NCBI GenBank assembly: GCA_029010495.1
Contig: JAQXKO010000012.1
Coordinates: forward strand, 9,067-73,066
Origin: Clostridiales bacterium
GTDB lineage: Bacteria; Bacillota; Clostridia; Lachnospirales; Lachnospiraceae
Reading direction: 5' to 3'
Length of the DNA stretch: 64,000 bases
A model generated the notes under the pieces. The model did no database searches. It saw only the letters and a list, made by a program, of their open reading frames with translations, and had not been told where the DNA came from. Numbering within the stretch: position 1 is the first letter of the stretch; the number at the start of each line of letters is the position of its first letter. Shown here piece after piece: positions 48,861 to 57,716 of the stretch. Position numbers and translations under genes: made by a program.

Positions 48861-50042
48861 ATGGAAGCAATAAAGCATTATCTGGATATGATGGCAGAAG
48901 CCGGCGTTGTAAAATATATCATCAGCAATCCGTTTCTAAAATCAGAGCCGGTAAGAAAAATCAACGTCGAAAAAACACTTCAGGGATATAAAATATCAAA
49001 GTATACCGAAAAGCAGGCGTTTCATGAAAATGTAAAAGAAGCAGAGCTTACAGACAGACTTTGTAATTTGATTACAGGTCACTACCGTCAGGTAAACGGA
49101 ATGTCAGCGAGCAGGGAATGTATATTACTTATTTCAAAAAAAGGTGTCTGCAATTATAAGATAAAGAAAAATGCAAATGAGATTATCAGAGGAGTAAGTG
49201 AAGGTCATAACAGAAAGAAGAATTATATTCTTAACGAGGGTATGACTATAGCTCCCCTGATTGATATGGGTGTATTTACAACAGAAGGCAGGGTTGTAAA
49301 TGCCATGTATGATAAATATAAACAGATTAACCGTTTCATTGAGCTGATACATGATGAAATTTCCGGACAAAACGTGAAAAAGTTAAATGTAATTGATTTT
49401 GGCTGCGGCAAATCATACCTGACTTTTGTTGTATATTATTATCTTACAGAGATTATGAAGCTCGAGGTCAATATGATAGGCCTTGACCTTAAGGAGGATG
49501 TGATAAAAAAATGCAATCTTGCTGCCGCAAAGTATGGTTATGATAATCTTAAATTTGAACTGGGTGACATTAATGGCTATAAGGCTCCGTTTGAAGTTGA
49601 TATGGTAATAACTCTTCATGCATGTGATGTAGCTACGGATTTTGCCATTTATAATGCGATTAACTGGAACGCACGTATGATTTTTTCCGTTCCGTGCTGC
49701 CAGCATGAATTAAATAAGCAGATTAAGCCCGAAAGCTTATCGATTATGTCACGATACGGAATAATAAGCGAGAGATTTTCGGCTTTGGTAACAGATGCAG
49801 TCAGGGCAAATATTCTGGAGTACTGTGGATACAAAACGCAACTGATAGAATTTATTGATATGGAGCATACTCCCAAGAATATATTGATAAGAGCCGTCAG
49901 GCGCCCGTTGACCGTCAAAGGTACAAGAGAAAAGTATCTTGATGAGGTCAGGGCAGTTTGCAGTGAGTTTAATTTTGACCCGATGTTATGCAGACTGCTT
50001 AATATTGATGTCGGCAAATCACATATTGTAAAGAATAAATAA
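48861..50042 (+). CDS. Class I SAM-dependent methyltransferase of unknown substrate
   Basis: Motif I VIDFGCGKSYLT and the downstream ITLHACDVATD. N-terminal extension of about 170 aa with unknown function. Confidence 0.7.
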   Translation: MEAIKHYLDMMAEAGVVKYIISNPFLKSEPVRKINVEKTLQGYKISKYTEKQAFHENVKEAELTDRLCNLITGHYRQVNGMSASRECILLISKKGVCNYKIKKNANEIIRGVSEGHNRKKNYILNEGMTIAPLIDMGVFTTEGRVVNAMYDKYKQINRFIELIHDEISGQNVKKLNVIDFGCGKSYLTFVVYYYLTEIMKLEVNMIGLDLKEDVIKKCNLAAAKYGYDNLKFELGDINGYKAPFEVDMVITLHACDVATDFAIYNAINWNARMIFSVPCCQHELNKQIKPESLSIMSRYGIISERFSALVTDAVRANILEYCGYKTQLIEFIDMEHTPKNILIRAVRRPLTVKGTREKYLDEVRAVCSEFNFDPMLCRLLNIDVGKSHIVKNK

Positions 50043-50056
50043 TAAATTTATTATCA

Positions 50057-50135
50057 CCTCAAAACAAGAAAAATGTTAAATGTATTATTCTATCCGGATA
50101 ATACAGGATGTTTTTCTTGCTTTGAGGTTTTTTGT
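50057..50135 (+). terminator. Long hairpin terminator closing the housekeeping block
   Basis: cctcaaaacaagaaaaa ... tttttcttgctttgagg (17 bp, one G-U pair) with an inner stem, followed by T6. Confidence 0.6.
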
Positions 50136-50213
50136 TTGCAAAAATATTGAAAATGTATTGAAAAATGTCATTTGTGATAATTTTTTACAGTCATCAACTT
50201 AAATCAAAAAATG

Positions 50214-50242
50214 TTGTCTTTTACAATAAAAAGAGTTATAAT
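50214..50242 (+). promoter_or_regulatory. Candidate sigmaA promoter of the pilus operon
   Basis: TTGTCT - 17 nt - TATAAT, about 85 nt upstream of the first pilin-like gene. Confidence 0.35.
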
Positions 50243-50328
50243 AGTATAGAATTGTTAATATAGGATATCTATACCTTTTTGACAGAAAGACGAACAGATA
50301 ATTACCGTATTTTAAGGCAGGTTTATAT

Positions 50329-52665
50329 ATGATAAATAAATTAAAAAATAAGAAAGGATTTTCGCTGGCCGAAGTATTGAGCGTGGTTGCCATAATGGGC
50401 ATACTGCTTGCGGTAGGCGTCGGCTTCATGTTTTCAATTCAGAAAAATTCAAGACAGAAGCAGCTTGATGCCAAAGCAGAAACAATATATGTTGCAGTTC
50501 AGAATAAGCTTACGTCATTATATGCCGGCGGCTTGGGCTCTGTGTATGATCCTGCCTCCTACAGTGATAACAGTATGAAATGTTCAAATATCATTCCGGG
50601 TGACTATGTTGAAGCGCTCGGAGCTAAGATAAATGAAAACAGTATATATTATATTACCTCGGAATCAGGAGATGCATTTGATAAACTTATCAACGATGAG
50701 GTGCTTGATGAGGAAATATTAAAAGGAAACATTGTTATTGAAATAATACCGTATGCTTATTCAAACCAGACGGGAACGGCCAATTCAAATCTTCTTACTG
50801 CCGCAACCGTGTACGGAGTATTTTATTCGGAGGATGAAATAAATGTTGCACAGGATTATCTCAAAAACGGAGGACCTGCGAATAACGATTATCAATCCGA
50901 TTACAGAAAGCTTGATTACAGAATAAGTAATGATTCACGTGTCGGATATTACGGCGGAGGAGGAGTTTGCGGAGCAAATGTTACAGCGTCTTTGTCACCT
51001 AAGGTGGTAATATCTAACGGAGAGAAGCTCACTGCAACAGTTAAACTTAAAAAGCCTGCCGGCGTAATTGACAATCTTTTTTTCACTTTTACAATTACTG
51101 ATGGTCCCGGCAATTCATATTCGTTCTGTTATGATGAGAAGACTGATAAATATACATTAAATGATGAAAAAGGCACAGTTGCGGATGATGGCAATATAAC
51201 ACTGGAATTATTAGGTCAGAACTATTTATTTACAATTACACTTGATGATCTTTCGTCAGAAAATACGAGATTCACAAATCTTTACGGCCAAGAAAGCAGT
51301 CATGAACAGAAGCTGGTGGCAGGAACCGACATTACATTAAAGGTCGGTGTTGAATGTCCGAATGACGGCAGGGTTGAATACGGAGAAGCACAGGATACAA
51401 ACAACAGCCTATTTGACAAGTCGTCTTCTTCTGACACCGCCGTTATTTCAAAAGCACGTCACCTTCAGAATCTCGACGAAAAAGCATCACCTATTAATAC
51501 TATAGAAAAGGCTGTGATTGCCGGCAATATTTCTTTGGGTGACGGTAGCGAATGGAATAATACTTACCGGTCGGCCTATTATAATAATGTTTTTGCGGTA
51601 AATATCATCAGCGCTTCAAAAAATGATGAAAAGGTTAATATGGTTAATTTTGACAGTATTGTCAATAAAAACATTAAGAGCCTTTCGGGAGACAATGAAG
51701 GAAATTCCTGTATTATTTCAGGTGTTGCCATGAGTGGCAACACGGCAGCTCTTTTTGAAAATGTCGGAGCAGAATCCCTTACAATCAGCGATTTAATAAT
51801 GACAGGCACAAGAGCATATGGCGTTAATAATGCAGCCTCACTTGTCGGAATTGTTGAAGCCGGCAAAACATTGGTAATTGATAATTGTCAGATATATCTT
51901 GATGCTGCTACAGGGGATTATCCTGCTACGGGTGTACTGAACAACAATTCAGAAGCAGTAAGATTTATTCAGGCCGGTATGGCGGGCGGACTTGTAGCCG
52001 TCAACAACGGCAGACTGACGATAACAGATTCGGCTGTAGCTACAATTATCGGAAATGATGTGTCTGAAACAGATAATTATAATATTTCCGGAGGTCTTGT
52101 TGCTTCAAATACAGGAATACTCGATATTTTACAATCATATACAGACTGTTATATCTACGGAAGTCGCGCAGGCGGTCTTGTGGGAGATAATGGCGGAAAA
52201 ATAGAGATTTCAACCTGTTTTACTGCAGGATATATTGCAATTCCGTCTCAGAAAACAAATGAGCCTGATTATGAATGTGCCGGTTTTGTTCCCGGGGATG
52301 TTGATAAGATTGTCAACTCATATACGGTAATTGCTCCTTATCTGTCCAAAAAAAATCAGGGTATGTGGATAGAAGAGGGAAAGCTAAACGACAAGAAAAA
52401 AGGAATCTTTTATTCCACGCTCAGGAGTGCGGCGGAAGTTAAAAATGTCTATTACCTGCATGAATCCTCAAAGGTGAATGATGCCAATGGCTCGGAATCA
52501 TTATCAGGACTAAACAATGAGACAATAAACAGCATGCTGGCTGCGGCAGGCTTTATAACGTTTGAAAACGGTTCGCATCCATATAAGCTTATGGGTCAGA
52601 ATATCAGCAGCTATCCGTATCCGGGACTGACAGGACTTGAACAGTTCGGAGACTGGCAGCAGTAA
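50329..52665 (+). CDS. 778-aa modular type IV (pseudo)pilin: prepilin N-terminus fused to a large module with GLUG-motif repeats
   Basis: Class III signal MINKLKNKKG|FSLAEVLSVVAIMGILLAV, with Glu at +5. The C-terminal half carries GLUG-like repeats: AGGLVAVNNGRLTITDS, SGGLVASNTGILDILQSY, AGGLVGDNGGKIEISTCF, CAGFVPGDVDKIVNSY. Confidence 0.8.
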   Translation: MINKLKNKKGFSLAEVLSVVAIMGILLAVGVGFMFSIQKNSRQKQLDAKAETIYVAVQNKLTSLYAGGLGSVYDPASYSDNSMKCSNIIPGDYVEALGAKINENSIYYITSESGDAFDKLINDEVLDEEILKGNIVIEIIPYAYSNQTGTANSNLLTAATVYGVFYSEDEINVAQDYLKNGGPANNDYQSDYRKLDYRISNDSRVGYYGGGGVCGANVTASLSPKVVISNGEKLTATVKLKKPAGVIDNLFFTFTITDGPGNSYSFCYDEKTDKYTLNDEKGTVADDGNITLELLGQNYLFTITLDDLSSENTRFTNLYGQESSHEQKLVAGTDITLKVGVECPNDGRVEYGEAQDTNNSLFDKSSSSDTAVISKARHLQNLDEKASPINTIEKAVIAGNISLGDGSEWNNTYRSAYYNNVFAVNIISASKNDEKVNMVNFDSIVNKNIKSLSGDNEGNSCIISGVAMSGNTAALFENVGAESLTISDLIMTGTRAYGVNNAASLVGIVEAGKTLVIDNCQIYLDAATGDYPATGVLNNNSEAVRFIQAGMAGGLVAVNNGRLTITDSAVATIIGNDVSETDNYNISGGLVASNTGILDILQSYTDCYIYGSRAGGLVGDNGGKIEISTCFTAGYIAIPSQKTNEPDYECAGFVPGDVDKIVNSYTVIAPYLSKKNQGMWIEEGKLNDKKKGIFYSTLRSAAEVKNVYYLHESSKVNDANGSESLSGLNNETINSMLAAAGFITFENGSHPYKLMGQNISSYPYPGLTGLEQFGDWQQ

Positions 52666-52709
52666 ATAAACAGGTGCATTACGTAAATGATTACGGAAGG
52701 AGACATACT

Positions 52710-53333
52710 TTGAAGAAAAAACTAAATAATAACCGGGGTGCCTCCATCGTATTTGCATTGATCGCTTTTATGCTGTCGGCAGTTATATGCAGCATCGTTC
52801 TCGTCGGTGCCAATACGGCTGTAAAAAGAATAGCCGCCACAAGGAAAAGTATTCAGGAAAATGTCACACTTGAATCTGCGGCTTTGCTTTTGAAAGAGGA
52901 TTTAAGGGGCTGCGAATATCGTATTTGTGTTACAAAAACCAAAACAAATACCGGTAATGACGTTGTGATCGACAGAGAATCAATGCCTGACACATTGCTT
53001 GCCGAAAAGCTTGCAAAAGCAATTGACGAAGGCGAGGCTAATGAACTTATAAACGGACACGGAGATTTTGTTATAAGTACCTCCGATAAGATAATGTCAG
53101 ATGTTAATGTGTCATTTGTTGTCAGCCACACGGGTGATGAGACATTTCCTTATCTCATTACATTTACCATGAAAAGCAGCATAACGGGTGAGTGCCTGCT
53201 TCTTGATTATACTCTGCATCTTGACGAAACCGTTTCAGAAATCAACAATGGTAATACAGTAAAAACTATTGTGAAAAAGCAATTTAAATTTATTAATCCG
53301 CAAATTCACAATAGTGCAGATATGAATAAGTAA
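52710..53333 (+). CDS. Minor pilin-like protein (no Glu5)
   Basis: TTG 52710 after GGAAGGAG. LKKKLNNNRG|ASIVFALIAFMLSAVICSIVLV is a pilin-like leader plus hydrophobic helix, with Phe at +5. Confidence 0.55.
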   Translation: MKKKLNNNRGASIVFALIAFMLSAVICSIVLVGANTAVKRIAATRKSIQENVTLESAALLLKEDLRGCEYRICVTKTKTNTGNDVVIDRESMPDTLLAEKLAKAIDEGEANELINGHGDFVISTSDKIMSDVNVSFVVSHTGDETFPYLITFTMKSSITGECLLLDYTLHLDETVSEINNGNTVKTIVKKQFKFINPQIHNSADMNK

Positions 53334-53345
53334 AGGGATTTTGCA

Positions 53346-53630
53346 ATGAAAGCTAAGCTTAAAAATAATAAAGGCGAATCAATTACAGAGGCGCTTGTAT
53401 CTGTTTTGATTGTGTGTCTGGCTGTGTTTATGCTCTGCGGTGCCATTATATCTGCCGGCAGGATAAATTCGGAGGCGGGCAGCTATAACAAGGGCTTTGA
53501 TACCACGGACTGTACGGCAGATGATTTTAAGGTAAAAATTGATGATCAGGATTATAAAGGGAAAGCAGTAATTTCCACATATTACACAAATGAGGGTTAT
53601 TATTATTATGATGTTAAGTCTGGTGAATAA
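53346..53630 (+). CDS. Small minor pilin-like protein (94 aa)
   Basis: MKAKLKNNKG|ESITEALVSVLIVCLAVFML. Glu at both +1 and +5. Confidence 0.55.
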   Translation: MKAKLKNNKGESITEALVSVLIVCLAVFMLCGAIISAGRINSEAGSYNKGFDTTDCTADDFKVKIDDQDYKGKAVISTYYTNEGYYYYDVKSGE

Positions 53631-54192
53631 GCTGAGAAGAAAACTGAATAATAATTCCGGTATGTCCGTAGCTGAAATGCTTGTTGCCATGGCAATAGTT
53701 TCACTGGTAGGTTCGGGTGTGTTTATGGCAATATCTCTCGGAAGCTCACGTTATGCTGAAAGCATGCGTATGTCGGAATCGGAGGAATTGTTTGCAACAC
53801 TCGAAACTTCGCTTACGCATGAACTGAGATATACGACTTCGGCTGTCCTTGCAAATCAGGGCGAAGAGAGCGGTCATGAAGGGCTGCGGCGTGTTGAAAC
53901 ATTGTTCAGCAAAACCTATGCCGTAAAAAACAAAAATACTGCATTGGTTTCTGTTGACGATGATAATAATCCGGTTGAGTTTGGAGAGCTTGCCTTCGGA
54001 AATGACGGGAAGTACAACAGAATTCTTGGTACGGCTTCGTATCCGAATGAGCTTACTGCGAAGGCCTGTTTATATTACAGAGAGTCTGACGGCAGATTCA
54101 GGGTTGAAATATCCATAAAGGCCGGCAACACCGTATATGTGGAGTCGAGAGCATTTGAGGTCAAACCGCTTAACGGAATAACCATAGAATAA
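53608..54192 (+). CDS. Minor pilin-like protein
   Basis: ..KLRRKLNNNSG|MSVAEMLVAMAIVSLVGSGVF, with Glu at +5. The start (ATG 53608 or 53611) overlaps the previous gene. Confidence 0.6.
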   Translation: MMLSLVNKLRRKLNNNSGMSVAEMLVAMAIVSLVGSGVFMAISLGSSRYAESMRMSESEELFATLETSLTHELRYTTSAVLANQGEESGHEGLRRVETLFSKTYAVKNKNTALVSVDDDNNPVEFGELAFGNDGKYNRILGTASYPNELTAKACLYYRESDGRFRVEISIKAGNTVYVESRAFEVKPLNGITIE

Positions 54193-54208
54193 TAAATCAC
54201 ATGAGCGG

Positions 54209-54601
54209 ATGGATAAAATGGTGTACATAAGAAATAATCAAAAAGGATTTGCTGCAATAATCTGGATACTGGGAATTGCAATAGTAGTAATGCTTTTACT
54301 GATATTTGTTCCGGTGTATAGGGAATCAAATAAGAAAGCAAGGGAAGAAATAGACATTAAGCACGAGCAGACTGCATATGATTCGGCAAAGCTGCGTGTT
54401 CAGCTAAACGGTCCTTTTTGTGCAATATACGATTATTATAATAAAGAGTTTGTTACGGGTCACGAAGCAGTAAATGTTGAGGCATACGGCGAAAGTGATT
54501 TACACAAGGAAATGGTAATACTTATTGAAGCCCAAAGTACTGAAAACATAAAAATGGAATGGGTTATTCCGCGGGAGGTACCATATGATATCTTTAAGTG
54601 A
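54209..54601 (+). CDS. Minor pilin-like protein (no Glu5)
   Basis: MDKMVYIRNNQKG|FAAIIWILGIAIVVMLLLIFV, with Ile at +5. Confidence 0.5.
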   Translation: MDKMVYIRNNQKGFAAIIWILGIAIVVMLLLIFVPVYRESNKKAREEIDIKHEQTAYDSAKLRVQLNGPFCAIYDYYNKEFVTGHEAVNVEAYGESDLHKEMVILIEAQSTENIKMEWVIPREVPYDIFK

Positions 54602-55391
54602 GCCTATATGGGCATGGTATTTCGGAATCCTTGCATTTGTCCTGGGGTCGGTCATGGGTTCTTTTCTCAACTGTATGGCATGGCGTACTGCCCACCATGA
54701 AAATGTATTTATGGGACGAAGTCATTGTACAGGCTGCGGACATACATTGTCATTTTTTGATCTAATACCGATTGCTTCATGGATTTTTTGCGGAGGAAAA
54801 TGCCGTTACTGCAAAGAAAAAATATCAGTAAGATATCTTATAACGGAAGTCTTCCTCGGAGCAATGTTTGTCTGGATACTTTTTTCGGACGGACTTACTG
54901 TTTTATGTATCAGGGACCTGATTTTTGTATGTATCCTGTTTACAATATCACTTATTGATATTGAAATATATGAGATACCTGATAAAGCCCACATTATTTC
55001 AATTGCATTATTCCTTGCCACTCTTTATTTCGTGACTGACAAGCCGTTAAAGATGCTTGGCTACGGAGCAATGGGTATGTTCCTTCTGGGAGGCGGTATT
55101 CTCCTGGTATCTCTTGCTCTTGATAAAATACTCGGTAAGGATACGCTTGGCGGGGGCGATATAAAGCTTATCGGTGTATGCGGTCTTTATCTCGGACCGT
55201 TAAAAACATTATTCGGTTTGATAATTGCATGTATTATCGGTATCATCATCGGCATTGCATGTAAGAAAACAGGCAGGAAGGAAAATGAGGAGGAAGCCCA
55301 TATTCCGTTCGGACCTGCAATATCTGCCGCAATGGTTATCATGCTTCTTGCCGGCGGCAGTCTGGAAAGCTGGTATTTGTCGCTTTTATAG
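54585..55391 (+). CDS. pilD: Prepilin peptidase / N-methyltransferase (A24 family, PilD/ComC-like)
   Basis: Zn-finger CTGCGH...CGGKCRYC. Polytopic membrane protein with the GGGDIKL active-site Asp motif. SD GGGAGGT. Confidence 0.9.
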   Translation: MISLSEPIWAWYFGILAFVLGSVMGSFLNCMAWRTAHHENVFMGRSHCTGCGHTLSFFDLIPIASWIFCGGKCRYCKEKISVRYLITEVFLGAMFVWILFSDGLTVLCIRDLIFVCILFTISLIDIEIYEIPDKAHIISIALFLATLYFVTDKPLKMLGYGAMGMFLLGGGILLVSLALDKILGKDTLGGGDIKLIGVCGLYLGPLKTLFGLIIACIIGIIIGIACKKTGRKENEEEAHIPFGPAISAAMVIMLLAGGSLESWYLSLL

Positions 55392-55450
55392 GCTTTCGTA
55401 ATTATTATCAGGAAAACTAAATGCTTCGGCGTTTATATATAGGAGGATTT

Positions 55451-56440
55451 ATGGGAAATAAACACTATCTCGGCATTGACATCGGACATGACCGTCTGAA
55501 GCTTGCCAGTATTAAAAATGGCAGGGTTTGCAAGGCAGTAGCCGTTCAGATGCCTGAAAATCTCATTAAAAACGGCCGTATTATTTCACATGAAATAATG
55601 ATTGAATTAATAAAGACAACAATGAAGGCAAACGGCATTAAAGAGAAATATGCAGCGCTTCTTCTTCCTTCGGATTCGGTATATATCAGAAATATTACAA
55701 TGCCTGTTATGACTGAGGATCAGCTTAAAATCAATCTTCCTTATGAATTCAGGGATTATTTTAATGAGGAGCTTCATGAGTATTATTATGATTATGCCAC
55801 CTATGAAGACAACGAAAAAGACGATAACATGGAGCTTCTGGCAGTCGCAGTAAAAAAGGATGTGGTTTCCGATTACAGAGCCATGCTTATAAAATGTGGT
55901 TTTAAGGTTGAGATAATCGCTCCGGCTGCATGTGCATTCAGAAATATTATTAATCTTTATGAGAAGAATGCTAATATATCCGGTGCAGAATACTGTTTCC
56001 TTGATTTGGGCTACAGAAATATTCATCTTAATTTTTACAAGGGGAATAAACATATTGCCACAAGAGAGCTTGAAAACGGTATAAGCACAATTTATAATTC
56101 CATTGCAAACGCATTTAATGTAGATACACATCTGGCTCATACATATCTTCTTGAAAATTTTGAAAACTGTCAGAGCAGAAAAGAATGTATCGACAGCTAT
56201 AATTCAATTGCAATTGAAATTTTAAGATCACTTAACTTCTATCAGTTTTCTAATCCGGACAGCCAGCTTAAGTCTATTTATATTTCCGGCGGCGGCGCTT
56301 CGATAAGAGAGATGATTAATGTGTTTAAGGAAGTGCTTTCAGATGTGGAAATCAAGGATGCGTCAGAGCTTATTCCTGCCGACAATTTAAGCAGGGAAGA
56401 AATTGACAATGCACTTCTGGCAATAGGAATTGCACTTTAA
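55451..56440 (+). CDS. pilM: Type IV pilus assembly protein PilM (actin-like ATPase fold)
   Basis: ATG 55451 after AGGAGGA. N-terminus YLGIDIGHDRLKLA and C-terminus IYISGGGASI. Position is before the PilN/O-like genes. Confidence 0.75.
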   Translation: MGNKHYLGIDIGHDRLKLASIKNGRVCKAVAVQMPENLIKNGRIISHEIMIELIKTTMKANGIKEKYAALLLPSDSVYIRNITMPVMTEDQLKINLPYEFRDYFNEELHEYYYDYATYEDNEKDDNMELLAVAVKKDVVSDYRAMLIKCGFKVEIIAPAACAFRNIINLYEKNANISGAEYCFLDLGYRNIHLNFYKGNKHIATRELENGISTIYNSIANAFNVDTHLAHTYLLENFENCQSRKECIDSYNSIAIEILRSLNFYQFSNPDSQLKSIYISGGGASIREMINVFKEVLSDVEIKDASELIPADNLSREEIDNALLAIGIAL

Positions 56441-56476
56441 TATATAAGCATTTATCCAGAAAAAGAGGTAATAAAA

Positions 56477-57121
56477 TTGGCAAAGGAAAATACAGTTAAA
56501 AAGGCTTCTAAGCAAACAAAAAGACCTGTTAAGCAAACAATTAATTTTGCCCTTATGGGTGTAGAAAAAATTAACTGGTTTATAGCGGTTCCGGCAATTA
56601 TCGTAATTATTATTCTTGCTGCACTGTTTGGTAAAGTATCGGTAGTTGACAGATATGCAAAACTCAATTCGCTTAAGGCGGAGGAAAAAAGACTCGAGAG
56701 GCAGAGGGATTCCCTTATGGAGTCAATCAATGAATATGATGATGTTGACGGCGAATATTCAAGATATACTTATGAAAGCTTTAACGAGCAGGAGCTTTCA
56801 TTTGTTGACCGTAATCATGTCTTTAAGATTATTGAGGAAGAGGTTTTGCAAAATGCGGACATTTCATCATGGTCGCTTTCTCAGAATATTCTTGTTATGA
56901 ATGTTACAAATGTAAATCTGTCAGATCTTTCAAAAATATCAAAGAATCTCGAGGCATTGGCTGAAGTAAGCTTTTGTATGGTTTCAAATGCAACCACAAT
57001 CGGAACAGTAGATAATTCTGACGAAGCAGATGAAGAAAATCTTATAGTATCCGCCGTTATGACGGCATATCTTGTTCAGGATTATTCATCAATGTACGAA
57101 GACGAAGGAGATATGGAATAA
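56477..57121 (+). CDS. PilN-like bitopic assembly protein
   Basis: TTG start after AAGAGG. Basic N-terminus, one TM segment (INWFIAVPAIIVIIILAALFG), then a coiled coil. Assignment is by architecture and position only. Confidence 0.5.
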   Translation: MAKENTVKKASKQTKRPVKQTINFALMGVEKINWFIAVPAIIVIIILAALFGKVSVVDRYAKLNSLKAEEKRLERQRDSLMESINEYDDVDGEYSRYTYESFNEQELSFVDRNHVFKIIEEEVLQNADISSWSLSQNILVMNVTNVNLSDLSKISKNLEALAEVSFCMVSNATTIGTVDNSDEADEENLIVSAVMTAYLVQDYSSMYEDEGDME

Positions 57122-57705
57122 TGAAAGGTTTACACAGAGAATTTACCACAAAAGAAAAAATTATAATTGTGGCGATGTCAATATTTCTTATCGGACTGTT
57201 TTATTATTATTTTGTTCATCAAAGTGTGACAAGTCAGACAAGGCAGGCAGAGAGCAATATTTCAAGCTTAACCGCAACGAATAATGCAATGAGTATGCAG
57301 CTTGCGCATCTTAGTGAGGTTGAGGCAAGTCTTGATGCAATCAAAGGTCAGAGTGAATCGGTTTCATATCTTCCGACCTATAATAATTTTAATAACCTGA
57401 TGGAGTACTTAAACAATATCCTGTGCAGGACCAACTCGTTTAATATGCAGTTTTCAAATGCTGTTGCAGAGGGTGACCTTGTAAGAAGAAGTGTAGCAAT
57501 TACATTTGAAGCCTCCGATTATGATAAAGCAGTCGAAATAATCGGCAAACTTGTTAATTCAGAATACAGATGTATAGTATTTGATATAAAAATGTCTTCG
57601 GTAAAGGGCGTACTTAGCTATAGCAGAGTGTCTGTTTCATGTAAAGCAACATTCTATGAAACTTTGGTTGGCGGCTTTGCTGACGAGGGATTAACAGGCA
57701 ATTAA
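57121..57705 (+). CDS. PilO-like bitopic assembly protein
   Basis: One TM segment (IIIVAMSIFLIGLFYYYFV), a coiled coil, then a small domain. Assignment is by architecture and position only. Confidence 0.5.
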   Translation: MKGLHREFTTKEKIIIVAMSIFLIGLFYYYFVHQSVTSQTRQAESNISSLTATNNAMSMQLAHLSEVEASLDAIKGQSESVSYLPTYNNFNNLMEYLNNILCRTNSFNMQFSNAVAEGDLVRRSVAITFEASDYDKAVEIIGKLVNSEYRCIVFDIKMSSVKGVLSYSRVSVSCKATFYETLVGGFADEGLTGN

Positions 57706-57716
57706 AGGAGTAAAAA

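Noticed and set aside
50243-50328. A possible c-di-GMP riboswitch in the leaders of the pilus operon (50243-50328) and of the major pilin gene (60656-60875), by analogy with the Clostridioides difficile pilA1 operon.
   Set aside because: Both leaders are short and very AT-rich. They lack the conserved GC-rich helices and GNRA/receptor elements of GEMM-I or GEMM-II as I remember them. A covariance-model scan (Rfam/Infernal) would be needed to be certain.
50199-50429. A 76-aa minus-strand ORF spanning the pilus operon promoter and the start of the 778-aa pilin gene.
   Set aside because: It overlaps the predicted promoter, leader and N-terminus of a gene with a clear class III signal peptide. 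It has no RBS or motif. It is an artefact of AT-rich sequence.
52348-52355. An A8 homopolymer inside the 778-aa pilin gene, considered as a possible slipped-strand phase-variation switch.
   Set aside because: Runs of 7-8 A or T occur in many housekeeping genes in this window, for example in priA. A tract of 8 is short for efficient slippage. There is no evidence of alternative frames.
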